Of a DNA stretch of 64,000 nucleotides, positions 1 to 14,440 are shown one piece after another. The stretch spans positions 12,958,001 through 13,022,000 of the forward strand of contig OZ024756.1 in assembly GCA_964016885.1 (NCBI GenBank). The letters are read 5' to 3'. This stretch comes from Eledone cirrhosa (lineage: Eukaryota). Below the pieces are notes generated by a model. It searched no databases and had not been told where the DNA came from. It worked only from the letters and a program-made list of their open reading frames with translations. Position numbers and translations under genes: made by a program. How positions within the stretch are numbered: position 1 is the first letter of the stretch; each line of letters begins with the position of its first letter.

Positions 1-3000
1 CCCCCCTGTAATCAACACCCCCTCTACACACTTCCACTTGCCCCTCCCCCCTGTAATCCACACCCCTCTACACACTTCACTTGCCCCTCCCCCCTGTAAT
101 CAACACCCCCTCTACACACTTCCACTTGCCCCTCCCCCCTGTAATCACACCCCTCTACACACTTCACTTGCCCCTCCCCCCTGTAATCAACACCCCCTCT
201 ACACACTTCCACTTGCCCCTCCCCCCTGTAATCCACACCCCCTCTACACACTTCACTTGCCCCTCCCCCCTGTAATCAACACCCCCTCTACACACTTCCA
301 CTTGCCCCTCCCCCCTGTAATCCACACCCCCTCTACACACTTCACTTGCCCCTCCCCCCTGTAATCAACACCCCCTCTACACACTTCCACTTGCCCCTCC
401 CCCCTGTAATCACACCCCTCTACACACTTCACTTGCCCCTCCCCCCTGTAATCAACACCCCTCTACACACTTCACTTGCCCCTCCCCCCTGTAATCAACA
501 CCCCCTCTACACACTTCACTTGCCCCTCCCCCCTGTAATCAACACCCCCTCTACACACTTCCACTTGCCCCTCCCCCCTGTAATCCACACCCCTCTACAC
601 ACTTCCACTTGCCCCTCCCCCCTGTAATCCACACCCCCTCTACACACTTCACTTGCCCATCCCCCCTGTAATCAACACCCCCTCTACACACTTCCACTTG
701 CCCCTCCCCTCTGTAATCAACACCCCCTCTACACACTTCCACTTGCCCCTCCCCCCTGTAATCCACACCCCCTCTACACACTTCCACTTGCCCCTCCCCT
801 CTGTAATCAACACCCCCTCTACACACTTCCACTTGCCCCTCCCCCCTGTAATCCACACCCCCTCTACACACTTCCACTTGCCCCTCCCCTCTGTAATCAA
901 CACCCCCTCTACACACTTCCACTTGCCCCTCCCCCCTGTAATCCACACCCCCTCTACACACTTCCACTTGCCCCTCCCCCCTGTAATCAACACCCCCTCT
1001 ACACACTTCCACTTGCCCCTCCCCCCTGTAATCCACACCCCCTCTACACACTTCCACTTGCCCCTCCCCTCTGTAATCAACACCCCCTCTACACACTTCC
1101 ACTTGCCCCTCCCCCTGTAATCCACACCCCCTCTACACACTTCCACTTGCCCCTCCCCTCTGTAATCCACACCCCCTCTACACACTTCCACTTGCCCCTC
1201 CCCCCTGTAATCCACACCCCCTCTACACACTTCCACTTGCCCCTCCCCCCTGTAATCCACACCCCCTCTACACACTTCCACTTGCCCCTCCCCCCTGTAA
1301 TCCACACCCCCTCTACACACTTCACTTGCCCCTCCCCCCTGTAATCAACACCCCCTCTACACACTTCCACTTGCCCCTCCCCTCTGTAATCCACACCCCC
1401 TCTACACACTTCACTTGCCCCTCCCCCCTGTAATCCACACCCCCTCTACACACTTCCACTTGCCCCTCCCCCCTGTAATCCACACCCCCTCTACACACTT
1501 CCACTTGCCCCTCCCCTCTGTAATCAACACCCCCTCTACACACTTCCACTTGCCCCTCCCCCCTGTAATCCACACCCCCTCTACACACTTCACTTGCCCC
1601 TCCCCCCTGTAATCCACACCCCCTCTACACACTTCACTTGCCCCTCCCCCCTGTAATCCACACCCCCTCTACACACTTCACTTGCCCCTCCCCCCTGTAA
1701 TCAACACCCCCTCTACACACTTCACTTGCCCCTCCCCCCTGTAATCCACACCCCCTCTACACACTTCCACTTGCCCCTCCCCCCTGTAATCCACACCCCC
1801 TCTACACACTTCACTTGCCCCTCCCCCCTGTAATCCACACCCCCTCTACACACTTCACTTGCCCCTCCCCTCTGTAATCAACACCCCCTCTACACACTTC
1901 CACTTGCCCCTCCCCTCTGTAATCAACACCCCCTCTACACACTTCACTTGCCCCTCCCCTCTGTAATCCACACCCCCTCTACACACTTCCACTTGCCCCT
2001 CCCCCCTGTAATCCACACCCCCTCTACACACTTCACTTGCCCCTCCCCCCTGTAATCCACACCCCCTCTACACACTTCACTTGCCCCTCCCCCCTGTAAT
2101 CCACACCCCCTCTACACACTTCCACTTGCCCCTCCCCTCTGTAATCCACACCCCCTCTACACACTTCCACTTGCCCCTCCCCCCTGTAATCCACACCCCC
2201 TCTACACACTTCCACTTGCCCCTCTCCTCTGTAATCCACACCCCCTCTACACACTTCACTTGCCCCTCCCCTCTGTAATCCACACCCCCTCTACACACTT
2301 CCACTTGCCCCTCCCCCCTGTAATCCACACCCCCTCTACACACTTCCACTTGCCCCTCCCCTCTGTAATCCACACCCCCTCTACACACTTCACTTGCCCC
2401 TCCCCTCTGTAATCCACACCCCCTCTACACACTTCACTTGCCCCTCCCCCCTGTAATCCACACCCCCTCTACACACTTCCACTTGCCCCTCCCCCCTGTA
2501 ATCCACACCCCCTCTACACACTTCCACTTGCCCCTCCCCTCTGTAATCCACACCCCCTCTACACACTTCCACTTGCCCCTCCCCCCTGTAATCCACACCC
2601 CCTCTACACACTTCCACTTGCCCCTCCCCCCTGTAATCCACACCCCCTCTACACACTTCCACTTGCCCCTCCCCTCTGTAATCCACACCCCCTCTACACA
2701 CTTCCACTTGCCCCTCCCCCCTGTAATCCACACCCCCTCTACACACTTCCACTTGCCCCTCTCCTCTGTAATCCACACCCCCTCTACACACTTCCACTTG
2801 CCCCTCCCCCCTGTAATCAACACCCCCTCTACACACTTCCACTTGCCCCTCCCCCCTGTAATCCACACCCCCTCTACACACTTCCACTTGCCCCTCCCCC
2901 CTGTAATCCACACCCCCTCTACACACTTCCACTTGCCCCTCCCCCCTGTAATCAACACCCCCTCTACACACTTCCACTTGCCCCTCCCCCCTGTAATCCA

Positions 3001-6000
3001 CACCCCCTCTACACACTTCCACTTGCCCCTCCCCCCTGTAATCCACACCCCCTCTACACACTTCCACTTGCCCCTCCCCCCTGTAATCCACACCCCCTCT
3101 ACACACTTCCACTTGCCCCTCCCCTCTGTAATCCACACCCCCTCTACACACTTCCACTTGCCCCTCCCCCCTGTAATCCACACCCCCTCTACACACTTCC
3201 ACTTGCCCCTCCCCCCTGTAATCCACACCCCCTCTACACACTTCCACTTGCCCCTCCCCCCTGTAATCCACACCCCCTCTACACACTTCCACTTGCCCCT
3301 CCCCCCTGTAATCCACACCCCCTCTACACACTTCCACTTGCCCCTCCCCCCTGTAATCCACACCCCCTCTACACACTTCCACTTGCCCCTCCCCTCTGTA
3401 ATCCACACCCCCTCTACACACTTCCACTTGCCCCTCCCCCCCTGTAATCCACACCCCCTCTACACACTTCCACTTGCCCCTCCCCTCTGTAATCCACACC
3501 CCCTCTACACACTTCCACTTGCCCCTCCCCTCTGTAATCCACACCCCCTCTACACACTTCCACTTGCCCCTCCCCTCTGTAATCCACACCCCCTCTACAC
3601 ACTTCCACTTGCCCCTCTCCTCTGTAATCCACACCCCCTCTACACACTTCCACTTGCCCCTCCCCTCTGTAATCCACACCCCCTCTACACACTTCCACTT
3701 GCCCCTCCCCTCTGTAATCCACACCCCCTCTACACACTTCCACTTGCCCCTCCCCTCTGTAATCCACACCTCCTCTACACACTTCCACTTGCCCCTCCCC
3801 TCTGTAATCCACACCCCCTCTACACACTTCCACTTGCCCCTCCCCTCTGTAATCCACACCTCCTCTACACACTTCCACTTGCCCCTCCCCTCTGTAATCC
3901 ACACCCCCTCTACACACTTCCACTTGCCCCTCCCCTCTGTAATCCACACCTCCTCTACACACTTCCACTTGCCCCTCTCCTCTGTAATCCACACCCCCTC
4001 TACACACTTCCACTTGCCCCTCCCCTCTGTAATCCACACCTCCTCTACACACTTCCACTTGCCCCTCCCCTCTGTAATCCACACCCCCTCTACACACTTC
4101 CACTTGCCCCTCCCCTCTGTAATCCACACCCCCTGTACACACTTCCACTTGCCCCTCCCCTCTGTAATCCACACCCCCTCTACACACTTCCACTTGCCCC
4201 TCCCCTCTGTAATCCACACCTCCTCTACACACTTCCACTTGCCCCTCCCCTCTGTAATCCACACCCCCTCTACACACTTCCACTTGCCCCTCCCCTCTGT
4301 AATCAACACCCCCTCTACACACTTCACTTGCCCCTCCCCTCTGTAATCAACACCCCTCTACACACTTCACTTGCCCCTCCCCTCTGTAATCCACACCCCC
4401 TCTACACACTTCACTTGCCCCTCCCCTCTGTAATCCACACCCCCTGTACACACTTCCACTTGCCCCTCCCCTCTGTAATCCACACCCCCTCTACACACTT
4501 CACTTGCCCCTCTCCTCTGTAATCCACACCCCTTCTACACACTTCCACTTGCCCCTCCCCTCTGTAATCCACACCCCCTCTACACACTTCCACTTGCCCC
4601 TCCCCTCTGTAATCCACACCCCCTCTACACACTTCCACTTGCCCCTCTCCTCTGTAATCCACACCCCTTCTACACACTTCCACTTGCCCCTCCCCTCTGT
4701 AATCCACACCCCCTCTACACACTTCACTTGCCCATCCCCCCTGTAATCAACACCCCCTCTACACACTTCCACTTGCCCCTCCCCTCTGTAATCCACACCC
4801 CATCTACACACTTCCACTTGCCCCTCCCCTCTGTAATCCACACCCCTTCTACACACTTCCACTTGCCCCTCCCCTCTGTAATCCACACCCCCTCTACACA
4901 CTTCACTTGCCCCTCCCCCCTGTAATCCACACCCCCTGTACACACTTCCACTTGCCCCTCCCCTCTGTAATCCACACCCCCTCTACACACTTCCACTTGC
5001 CCCTCCCCTCTGTAATCCACACCCCTTCTACACACTTCCACTTGCCCCTCCCCTCTGTAATCCACACCCCCTCTACACACTTCCACTTGCCCCTCCCCTC
5101 TGTAATCCACACCCCCTCTACACACTTCCACTTGCCCCTCCCCTCTGTAATCCACACCCCCTCTACACACTTCCACTTGCCCCTCCCCTCTGTAATCCAC
5201 ACCCCCTCTACACACTTCCACTTGCCCCTCCCCTCTGTAATCCACACCCCCTCTACACACTTCCACTTGCCCCTCCCCTCTGTAATCCACACCCCCTCTA
5301 CACACCTCCACTTGCCCCTCCCCTCTGTAATCCACACCCCCTCTACACACTTCCACTTGCCCCTCCCCTCTGTAATCCACACCCCCTCTACACACTTCCA
5401 CTTGCCCCTCCCCTCTGTAATCCACACCCCCTCTACACACTTCCACTTGCCCCTCCCCCCTGTAATCCACACCCCCTCTACACACTTCCACTTGCCCCTC
5501 CCCTCTGTAATCCACACCCCCTCTACACACCTCCACTTGCCCCTCCCCTCTGTAATCCACACCCCCTCTACACACTTCCACTTGCCCCTCCCCTCTGTAA
5601 TCCACACCCCCTCTACACACTTCCACTTGCCCCTCCCCTCTGTAATCCACACCCCCTCTACACACTTCCACTTGCCCCTCCCCCCTGTAATCCACACCCC
5701 CTCTACACACTTCCACTTGCCCCTCCCCTCTGTAATCCACACCCCCTCTACACACCTCCACTTGCCCCTCCCCTCTGTAATCCACACCCCCTCTACACAC
5801 TTCCACTTGCCCCTCCCCTCTGTAATCCACACCCCCTCTACACACTTCCACTTGCCCCTCCCCTCTGTAATCCACACCCCCTCTACACACTTCCACTTGC
5901 CCCTCCCCTCTGTAATCCACACCCCCTCTACACACTTCCACTTGCCCCCCTCCCCTCTGTAATCCACACCCCCTCTACACACTTCCATTTGCCCCTCCCC

Positions 6001-6803
6001 TCTGTAATCCACACCCCCTCTACACACTTCCACTTGCCCCTCCCCTCTGTAATCCACACCCCCTCTACACACTTCCACTTGCCCCTCCCCTCTGTAATCC
6101 ACACCCCCTCTACACACTTCCACTTGCCCCTCCCCTCTGTAATCCACACCCCCTCTACACACTTCCACTTGCCCCTCCCCCCTGTAATCCACACCCCCTC
6201 TACACACTTCCACTTGCCCCTCCCCTCTGTAATCCACACCCCCTCTACACACTTCCACTTGCCCCTCCCCTCTGTAATCCACACCCCCTCTACACACTTC
6301 CACTTGCCCCTCCCCTCTGTAATCCACACCCCCTCTACACACTTCCATTTGCCCCTCCCCTCTGTAATCCACACCCCCTCTACACACTTCCACTTGCCCC
6401 TCCCCTCTGTAATCCACACCCCCTCTACACACTTCCACTTGCCCCTCTCCTCTGTAATCCACACCCCCTCTACACACTTCCATTTGCCCCTCCCCTCTGT
6501 AATCCACACCCCCTCTACACACTTCCACTTGCCCCTCCCCTCTGTAATCCACACCCCCTGTACACACTTCCACTTGCCCCTCCCCTCTGTAATCCACACC
6601 CCCTCTACACACTTCCACTTGCCCCTCCCCTCTGTAATCCACACCCCCTGTACACACTTCCACTTGCCCCTCCCCTCTGTAATCCACACCCCTCTACACA
6701 CTTCCACTTGCCCCTCCCCTCTGTAATCCACACCCCCTCTACACACTTCCACTTGCCCCTCCCTTCTGTAATCCACACCTCCTCTACACACTTCCACTTG
6801 CCC
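1..6803. repeat. 45-bp C-rich tandem satellite (unit CCCCTCTGTAATCCACACCCCCTCTACACACTTCCACTTGCCCCT), about 150 copies, continues off the window start
   Basis: 45-nt periodicity read directly, with 44-nt deletion variants; the ORFs here are translated repeats. Confidence 0.98.
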
Positions 6804-6945
6804 TGCCTCTATTTCAAGATTGTCCACTGCCTGTCAAGTAACCTTCGATAGTTTTTATATATCTTGTAATGTACCCCTCTTGTTCTAGAAGCTGAACTTG
6901 ACCACTCACTGGACATCCTTTCTGTTGGGTTTCAGAGTTGGTGTG

Positions 6946-9900
6946 AACAGATTAAGGACTTACAATGACCCAGGTCTTATTCCCTGGATTTAACACTGTC
7001 AGTTTCAACAGATTAAGGTCTTACAATGACCCAGGTCTTATTCCCTGGATTTAACACTGTCAGTTGCAACAGATTAAGGACTTACAATGACCCAGGTCTT
7101 ATTCCCTGGATTTAACACTGTCAGTTTCAACAGATTAAGGTCTTACAATGACCCAGGTCTTATTCCCTGGATTTAACACTGTCAGTTTCAACAGATTAAG
7201 GACTTACAATGACCCAGGTCTTATTCCCTGGATTTAACACTGTCAGTTTCAACAGATTAAGGGCTTACTGTGACCCAGGTCTTATTCCCTGGATTTAACA
7301 CTGTCAGTTTCAACAGATTAAGGGCTTACAATGACCCAGGTCTTATTCCCTGGATTTAACACTGTCAGTTTCAACAGATTAAGGGCTTACAATGACCCAG
7401 GTCTTATTCCCTGGATTTAACACTGTCAGTTTCAACAGATTAAGGTCTTACTGTGACCCAGGTCTTATTCCCTGGATTTAACACTGTCAGTTTCAACAGA
7501 TTAAGGACTTACAATGACCCACGTTTTATTCCCTGGATTTAACACTGTCAGTTTCAACAGATTAAGGGCTTACTGTGACCCAGGTCTTATTCCCTGGATT
7601 TAACACTGTCAGTTTCAACAGATTAAGGACTTACAATGACCCACGTTTTATTCCCTGGATTTAACACTGTCAGTTTCAACAGATTAAGGGCTTACTGTGA
7701 CCCAGGTCTTATTCCCTGGATTTAACACTGTCAGTTTCAACAGATTAAGGACTTACAATGACCCAGGTCTTATTCCCTGGATTTAACACTGTCAATTTCA
7801 ACAGATTAAGGGCTTACAATGACCCAGGTCTTATTCCCTGTATTGAACACTGTCAGTTTCAACAGATTAAGGTCTTACTGTGACCCAGGTCTTATTCCCT
7901 GGATTTAACACTGTCAGTTTCAACAGATTAAGGGCTTACTGTGACTCAGGTCTTATTCCCTGGATTTAACACTGTCAGTTTCAACAGATTAAGGACTTAC
8001 AATGACCCACGTTTTATTCCCTGGATTTAACACTGTCAGTTTCAACAGATTAAGGGCTTACAATGACCCAGGTCTTATTCCCTGGATTTAACACTGTCAG
8101 TTGCAACAGATTAAGGACTTACAATGACCCAGGTCTTATTCCCTGGATTTAACACTGTCAGTTTCAACAGATTAAGGTCTTACTGTGACCCAGGTCTTAT
8201 TCCCTGGATTGAACACTGTCAGTTTCAACAGATTAAGGGCTTACAATGACCCAGGTCTTATTCCCTGGATTTAACACTGTCAGTTTCAACAGATTAAGGG
8301 CTTACAATGACCCAGGTCTTATTCCCTGGATTTAATACTGTCAGTTTCAACAGATGAAGGGCTTACAATGACCCAGGTCTTATTCCCTGGATTTAATACT
8401 GTCAGTTTCAACAGATTAAGGGCTTACTGTGACCCAGGTCTTATTCCCTGGATTTAACACTGTCAGTTTCAACAGATTAAGGGCTTACAATGACCCAGGT
8501 CTTATTCCCTGGATTTAATACTGTCAGTTTCAACAGATGAAGGGCTTACAATGACCCAGGTCTTATTCCCTGGATTTAACACTGTCAGTTTCAACAGATT
8601 AAGGGCTTACAATGACCCAGGTCTTATTCCCTGGATTTAATACTGTCAGTTTCAACAGATGAAGGGCTTACAATGACCCAGGTCTTATTCCCTGGATTGA
8701 ACACTGTCAGTTTCAACAGATTAAGGGCTTACAATGACCCAGGTCTTATTCCCTGGATTTAACACTGTCAGTTGCAACAGATTAAGGACTTACAATGACC
8801 CAGGTCTTATTCCCTGGATTTAACACTGTCAGTTTCAACAGATTAAGGACTTACAATGACCCAGGTCTTATTCCCTGGATTTAACACTGTCAGTTGCAAC
8901 AGATTAAGGACTTACAATGACCCAGGTCTTATTCCCTGGATTTAACACTGTCAGTTGCAACAGATTAAGGACTTACAATGACCCAGGTCTTATTCCCTGG
9001 ATTTAACACTGTCAGTTTCAACAGATTAAGGGCTTACAATGACCCAGGTCTTATTCCCTGGATTTAACACTGTCAGTTGCAACAGATTAAGGACTTACAA
9101 TGACCCAGGTCTTATTCCCTGGATTTAACACTGTCAGTTGCAACAGATTAAGGACTTACAATGACCCAGGTCTTATTCCCTGGATTTAACACTGTCAGTT
9201 TCAACAGATTAAGGACTTACAATGACCCAGGTCTTATTCCCTGGATTTAACACTGTCAGTTTCAACAGATTAAGGGCTTACAATGACCCAGGTCTTATTC
9301 CCTGGATTTAACACTGTCAGTTGCAACAGATTAAGGACTTACAATGACCCAGGTCTTATTCCCTGGATTTAACACTGTCAGTTTCAACAGATTAAGGGCT
9401 TACAATGACCCAGGTCTTATTCCCTGGATTTAACACTGTCAGTTGCAACAGATTAAGGACTTACAATGACCCAGGTCTTATTCCCTGGATTTAACACTGT
9501 CAGTTGCAACAGATTAAGGACTTACAATGACCCAGGTCTTATTCCCTGGATTTAACACTGTCAGTTTCAACAGATTAAGGGCTTACAATGACCCAGGTCT
9601 TATTCCCTGGATTTAACACTGTCAGTTGCAACAGATTAAGGACTTACAATGACCCAGGTCTTATTCCCTGGATTTAACACTGTCAGTTTCAACAGATTAA
9701 GGGCTTACAATGACCCAGGTCTTATTCCCTGCATTTAACACTGTCAGTTTCAACAGATTAAGGACTTACAATGACCCAAGTCTTATTCCCCGGATTTAAC
9801 ACTGTCACTTTCAACAGATTAAGGACTTACAATGACCCAGGTCTTATTCCCTGGATTTAACACTGTCAGTTTCAACAGATTAAGGGCTTACAATGACCCA

Positions 9901-12900
9901 GGTCTTATTCCCTGCATTTAACACTGTCAGTTTCAACAGATTAAGGACTTACAATGACCCAAGTCTTATTCCCTGGATTTAACACTGTCAGTTTCAACAG
10001 ATTAAGGACTTACAATGACCCAGGTCTTATTCCCTGGATTTAACACTGTCAGTTGCAACAGATTAAGGACTTACAATGACCCAGGTCTTATTCCCTGGAT
10101 TTAACACTGGCACTTTCAACAGATTAAGGTCTTACAATGACCCAGGTCTTATTCCCTGGATTTAACACTGGCACTTTCAACAGATTAAGGACTTACAATG
10201 ACCCAGGTCTTATTCCCTGGATTTAACACTGTCAGTTGCAACAGATTAAGGACTTACAATGACCCAGGTCTTATTCCCTGGATTTAACACTGTCAGTTTC
10301 AACAGATTAAGGGCTTACAATGACCCAGGTCTTATTCCCTGGATTTAACACTGTCAGTTGCAACAGATTAAGGACTTACAATGACCCAGGTCTTATTCCC
10401 CGGATTTAACACTGTCAGTTTCAACAGATTAAGGGCTTACAATGACCCAGGTCTTATTCCCTGGATTTAACACTGTCAGTTTCAACAGATTAAGGGCTTA
10501 CAATGACCCAGGTCTTATTCCCTGGATTTAACACTGTCAGTTGCAACAGATTAAGGACTTACAATGACCCAGGTTTTATTCCCTGGATTTAACACTGTCA
10601 GTTTCAACAGATTAAGGACTTACAATGACCCAGGTCTTATTCCCTGGATTTAACACTGTCAGTTTCAACAGATTAAGGGCTTACAATGACCCAGGTCTTA
10701 TTCCCTGGATTTAACACTGTCAGTTTCAACAGATTAAGGACTTACAATGACCCAGGTCTTATTCCCTGGATTTAACACTGTCAGTTGCAACAGATTAAGG
10801 ACTTACAATGACCCAGGTCTTATTCCCTGGATTTAACACTGTCAGTTTCAACAGATTAAGGACTTACAATGACCCAGGTCTTATTCCCTGGATTTAACAC
10901 TGTCAGTTTCAACAGATTAAGGACTTACAATGACCCAAGTCTTATTCCCTGGATTTAACACTCTCAGTTTCAACAGATTAAGGGCTTACAATGACCCAGG
11001 TCTTATTCCCTGGATTTAACACTGTCAGTTTCAACAGATTAAGGACTTACAATGACCCAGGTCTTATTCCCTGGATTTAACACTGTCAGTTTCAACAGAT
11101 TAAGGACTTACAATGACCCAGGTCTTATTCCCTGGATTTAATACTGTCAGTTGCAACAGATTAAGGACTTACAATGACCCAGGTCTTATTCCCTGGATTT
11201 AACACTGTCAGTTGCAACAGATTAAGGACTTACAATGACCCAGGTCTTATTCCCTGGATTTAACACTGTCAGTTTCAACAGATTAAGGGCTTACAATGAC
11301 CCAGGTCTTATTCCCTGGATTTAACACTGTCAGTTGCAACAGATTAAGGACTTACAATGACCCAGGTCTTATTCCCTGGATTTAACACTGTCAGTTGCAA
11401 CAGATTAAGGACTTACAATGACCCAGGTCTTATTCCCTGGATTTAACACTGTCAGTTTCAACAGATTAAGGACTTACAATGACCCAGGTCTTATTCCCTG
11501 GATTTAACACTGTCAGTTTCAACAGATTAAGGGCTTACAATGACCCAGGTCTTATTCCCTGGATTTAACACTGTCAGTTGCAACAGATTAAGGACTTACA
11601 ATGACCCAGGTCTTATTCCCTGGATTTAACACTGTCAGTTTCAACAGATTAAGGGCTTACAATGACCCAGGTCTTATTCCCTGGATTTAACACTGTCAGT
11701 TGCAACAGATTAAGGACTTACAATGACCCAGGTCTTATTCCCTGGATTTAACACTGTCAGTTGCAACAGATTAAGGACTTACAATGACCCAGGTCTTATT
11801 CCCTGGATTTAACACTGTCAGTTTCAACAGATTAAGGGCTTACAATGACCCAGGTCTTATTCCCTGGATTTAACACTGTCAGTTGCAACAGATTAAGGAC
11901 TTACAATGACCCAGGTCTTATTCCCTGGATTTAACACTGTCAGTTTCAACAGATTAAGGGCTTACAATGACCCAGGTCTTATTCCCTGCATTTAACACTG
12001 TCAGTTTCAACAGATTAAGGACTTACAATGACCCAAGTCTTATTCCCCGGATTTAACACTGTCACTTTCAACAGATTAAGGACTTACAATGACCCAGGTC
12101 TTATTCCCTGGATTTAACACTGTCAGTTTCAACAGATTAAGGGCTTACAATGACCCAGGTCTTATTCCCTGCATTTAACACTGTCAGTTTCAACAGATTA
12201 AGGACTTACAATGACCCAAGTCTTATTCCCTGGATTTAACACTGTCAGTTTCAACAGATTAAGGACTTACAATGACCCAGGTCTTATTCCCTGGATTTAA
12301 CACTGTCAGTTGCAACAGATTAAGGACTTACAATGACCCAGGTCTTATTCCCTGGATTTAACACTGGCACTTTCAACAGATTAAGGTCTTACAATGACCC
12401 AGGTCTTATTCCCTGGATTTAACACTGGCACTTTCAACAGATTAAGGACTTACAATGACCCAGGTCTTATTCCCTGGATTTAACACTGTCAGTTGCAACA
12501 GATTAAGGACTTACAATGACCCAGGTCTTATTCCCTGGATTTAACACTGTCAGTTTCAACAGATTAAGGGCTTACAATGACCCAGGTCTTATTCCCTGGA
12601 TTTAACACTGTCAGTTGCAACAGATTAAGGACTTACAATGACCCAGGTCTTATTCCCCGGATTTAACACTGTCAGTTTCAACAGATTAAGGGCTTACAAT
12701 GACCCAGGTCTTATTCCCTGGATTTAACACTGTCAGTTTCAACAGATTAAGGGCTTACAATGACCCAGGTCTTATTCCCTGGATTTAACACTGTCAGTTG
12801 CAACAGATTAAGGACTTACAATGACCCAGGTTTTATTCCCTGGATTTAACACTGTCAGTTGCAACAGATTAAGGACTTACAATGACCCAGGTCTTATTCC

Positions 12901-14147
12901 CTGGATTTAACACTGTCAGTTTCAACAGATTAAGGGCTTACAATGACCCAGGTCTTATTCCCTGGATTTAACACTGTCAGTTTCAACAGATTAAGGACTT
13001 ACAATGACCCAGGTCTTATTCCCTGGATTTAACACTGTCAGTTGCAACAGATTAAGGACTTACAATGACCCAGGTCTTATTCCCTGGATTTAACACTGTC
13101 AGTTTCAACAGATTAAGGACTTACAATGACCCAGGTCTTATTCCCTGGATTTAACACTGTCAGTTTCAACAGATTAAGGACTTACAATGACCCAAGTCTT
13201 ATTCCCTGGATTTAACACTCTCAGTTTCAACAGATTAAGGGCTTACAATGACCCAGGTCTTATTCCCTGGATTTAACACTGTCAGTTGCAACAGATTAAG
13301 GACTTACAATGACCCAGGTCTTATTCCCTGGATTTAACACTGTCAGTTGCAACAGATTAAGGACTTACAATGACCCAGGTCTTATTCCCTGGATTTAACA
13401 CTGTCAGTTGCAACAGATTAAGGACTTACAATGACCCAGGTCTTATTCCCTGGATTTAACACTGTCAGTTGCAACAGATTAAGGACTTACAATGACCCAG
13501 GTCTTATTCCCTGCATTTAACACTGTCAGTTTCAACAGATTAAGGACTTACAATGACCCAAGTCTTATTCCCTGGATTTAATACTGTCAGTTTCAACAGG
13601 TTAAGGGCTTACAGTGACCCAGGTCTTATTCCCTGGATTTAACACTGTCAGTTGCAACAGATTAAGGACTTACAATGACCCAGGTCTTATTCCCTGGATT
13701 TAACACTGGCACTTTCAACAGATTAAGGGCTTACAATGACCCAGGTCTTATCCCCTGGATTTAACACTGTCAGTTTCAACAGATTAAGGACTTTCAATGA
13801 CCCAGGTCTTATTCCCTGGATTTAACACTGTCAGTTTCAACAGATTAAGGGCTTACAATGACCCAGGTCTTATTCCCTGCATTTAACACTGTCAGTTTCA
13901 ACAGATTAAGGACTTACAATGACCCAGGTCTTATTCCCTGGATTTAACACTGGCACTTTCAACAGATTAAGGGCTTACAATGACCCAGGTCTTATTCCCT
14001 GCATTTAACACTGTCAGTTTCAACAAATTAAGGACTTACAATGACCCAAGTCTTATTCCCTGGATTTAATACTGTCAGTTTCAACAGGTTAAGGGCTTAC
14101 AGTGACCCATGTCTTAATCCATGGATCCATTACTCTCAGTTTCAACA
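6946..14147. repeat. 61-bp tandem satellite (GGACTTACAATGACCCAGGTCTTATTCCCTGGATTTAACACTGTCAGTTTCAACAGATTAA), about 118 copies
   Basis: Pattern shifts 1 nt per 60-nt line, giving a period of 61; rare variants recur at 2257 bp (37 monomers). Confidence 0.98.
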
Positions 14148-14160
14148 GTTTGACTTTGAC
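14101..14160 (-). CDS. Candidate 60-nt exon of an unidentified minus-strand gene (VKVKLLKLRVMDPWIKTWVT; possible ATG at 14130)
   Basis: Strong acceptor ttttagttcagttttccag|, donor cact|gtaagc, only one open frame, ATG in GTAATGG context; no homology recognised. Confidence 0.4.
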
Positions 14161-14299
14161 CTGGAAAACTGAACTAAAAACTGGAATTTCCCATGTGACA
14201 CTTGAATATATTAATAACACCATTGCTTGCGATCATGTCTTACCTCTGGTTAATTTCTATTGATTTCTTTCTGTTTTAAATCATCTGATAACAAATATG

Positions 14300-14440
14300 A
14301 ATATTATGCGGCATATAGTTACGGCCCTTTACGTTCTGAGTTCAAATCCCACCGAGGTTAGCTTTGCCTTTCATCCTTACAGGGTCGATAAAATAAACTA
14401 CCAGATAAGTACTGAGGTCGATATAATCGATTTTCCTCTC
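14300..14440 (+). mobile_element. tRNA-derived SINE family B fragment (Meta/MESC-like central domain)
   Basis: B-box GAGTTCAAATCCC followed by CTTTGCCTTTCATCCTT..GGGTCGATAAAATAAA. Confidence 0.75.

Noticed and set aside
24-6827. Long repetitive ORFs of up to 694 aa on both strands
   Set aside because: The 45-bp unit is a multiple of 3 and lacks stops in several frames; frequent 44-bp units shift frame, so these are satellite translation artefacts
6830-7010. CR1-like peptide hints on the minus strand (RTRGVHYKIYK; E*DLG)
   Set aside because: Too short, needs frameshifts, and no other CR1 motifs are nearby
6946-14147. CRISPR-like array
   Set aside because: No unique spacers and no cas genes; eukaryotic context
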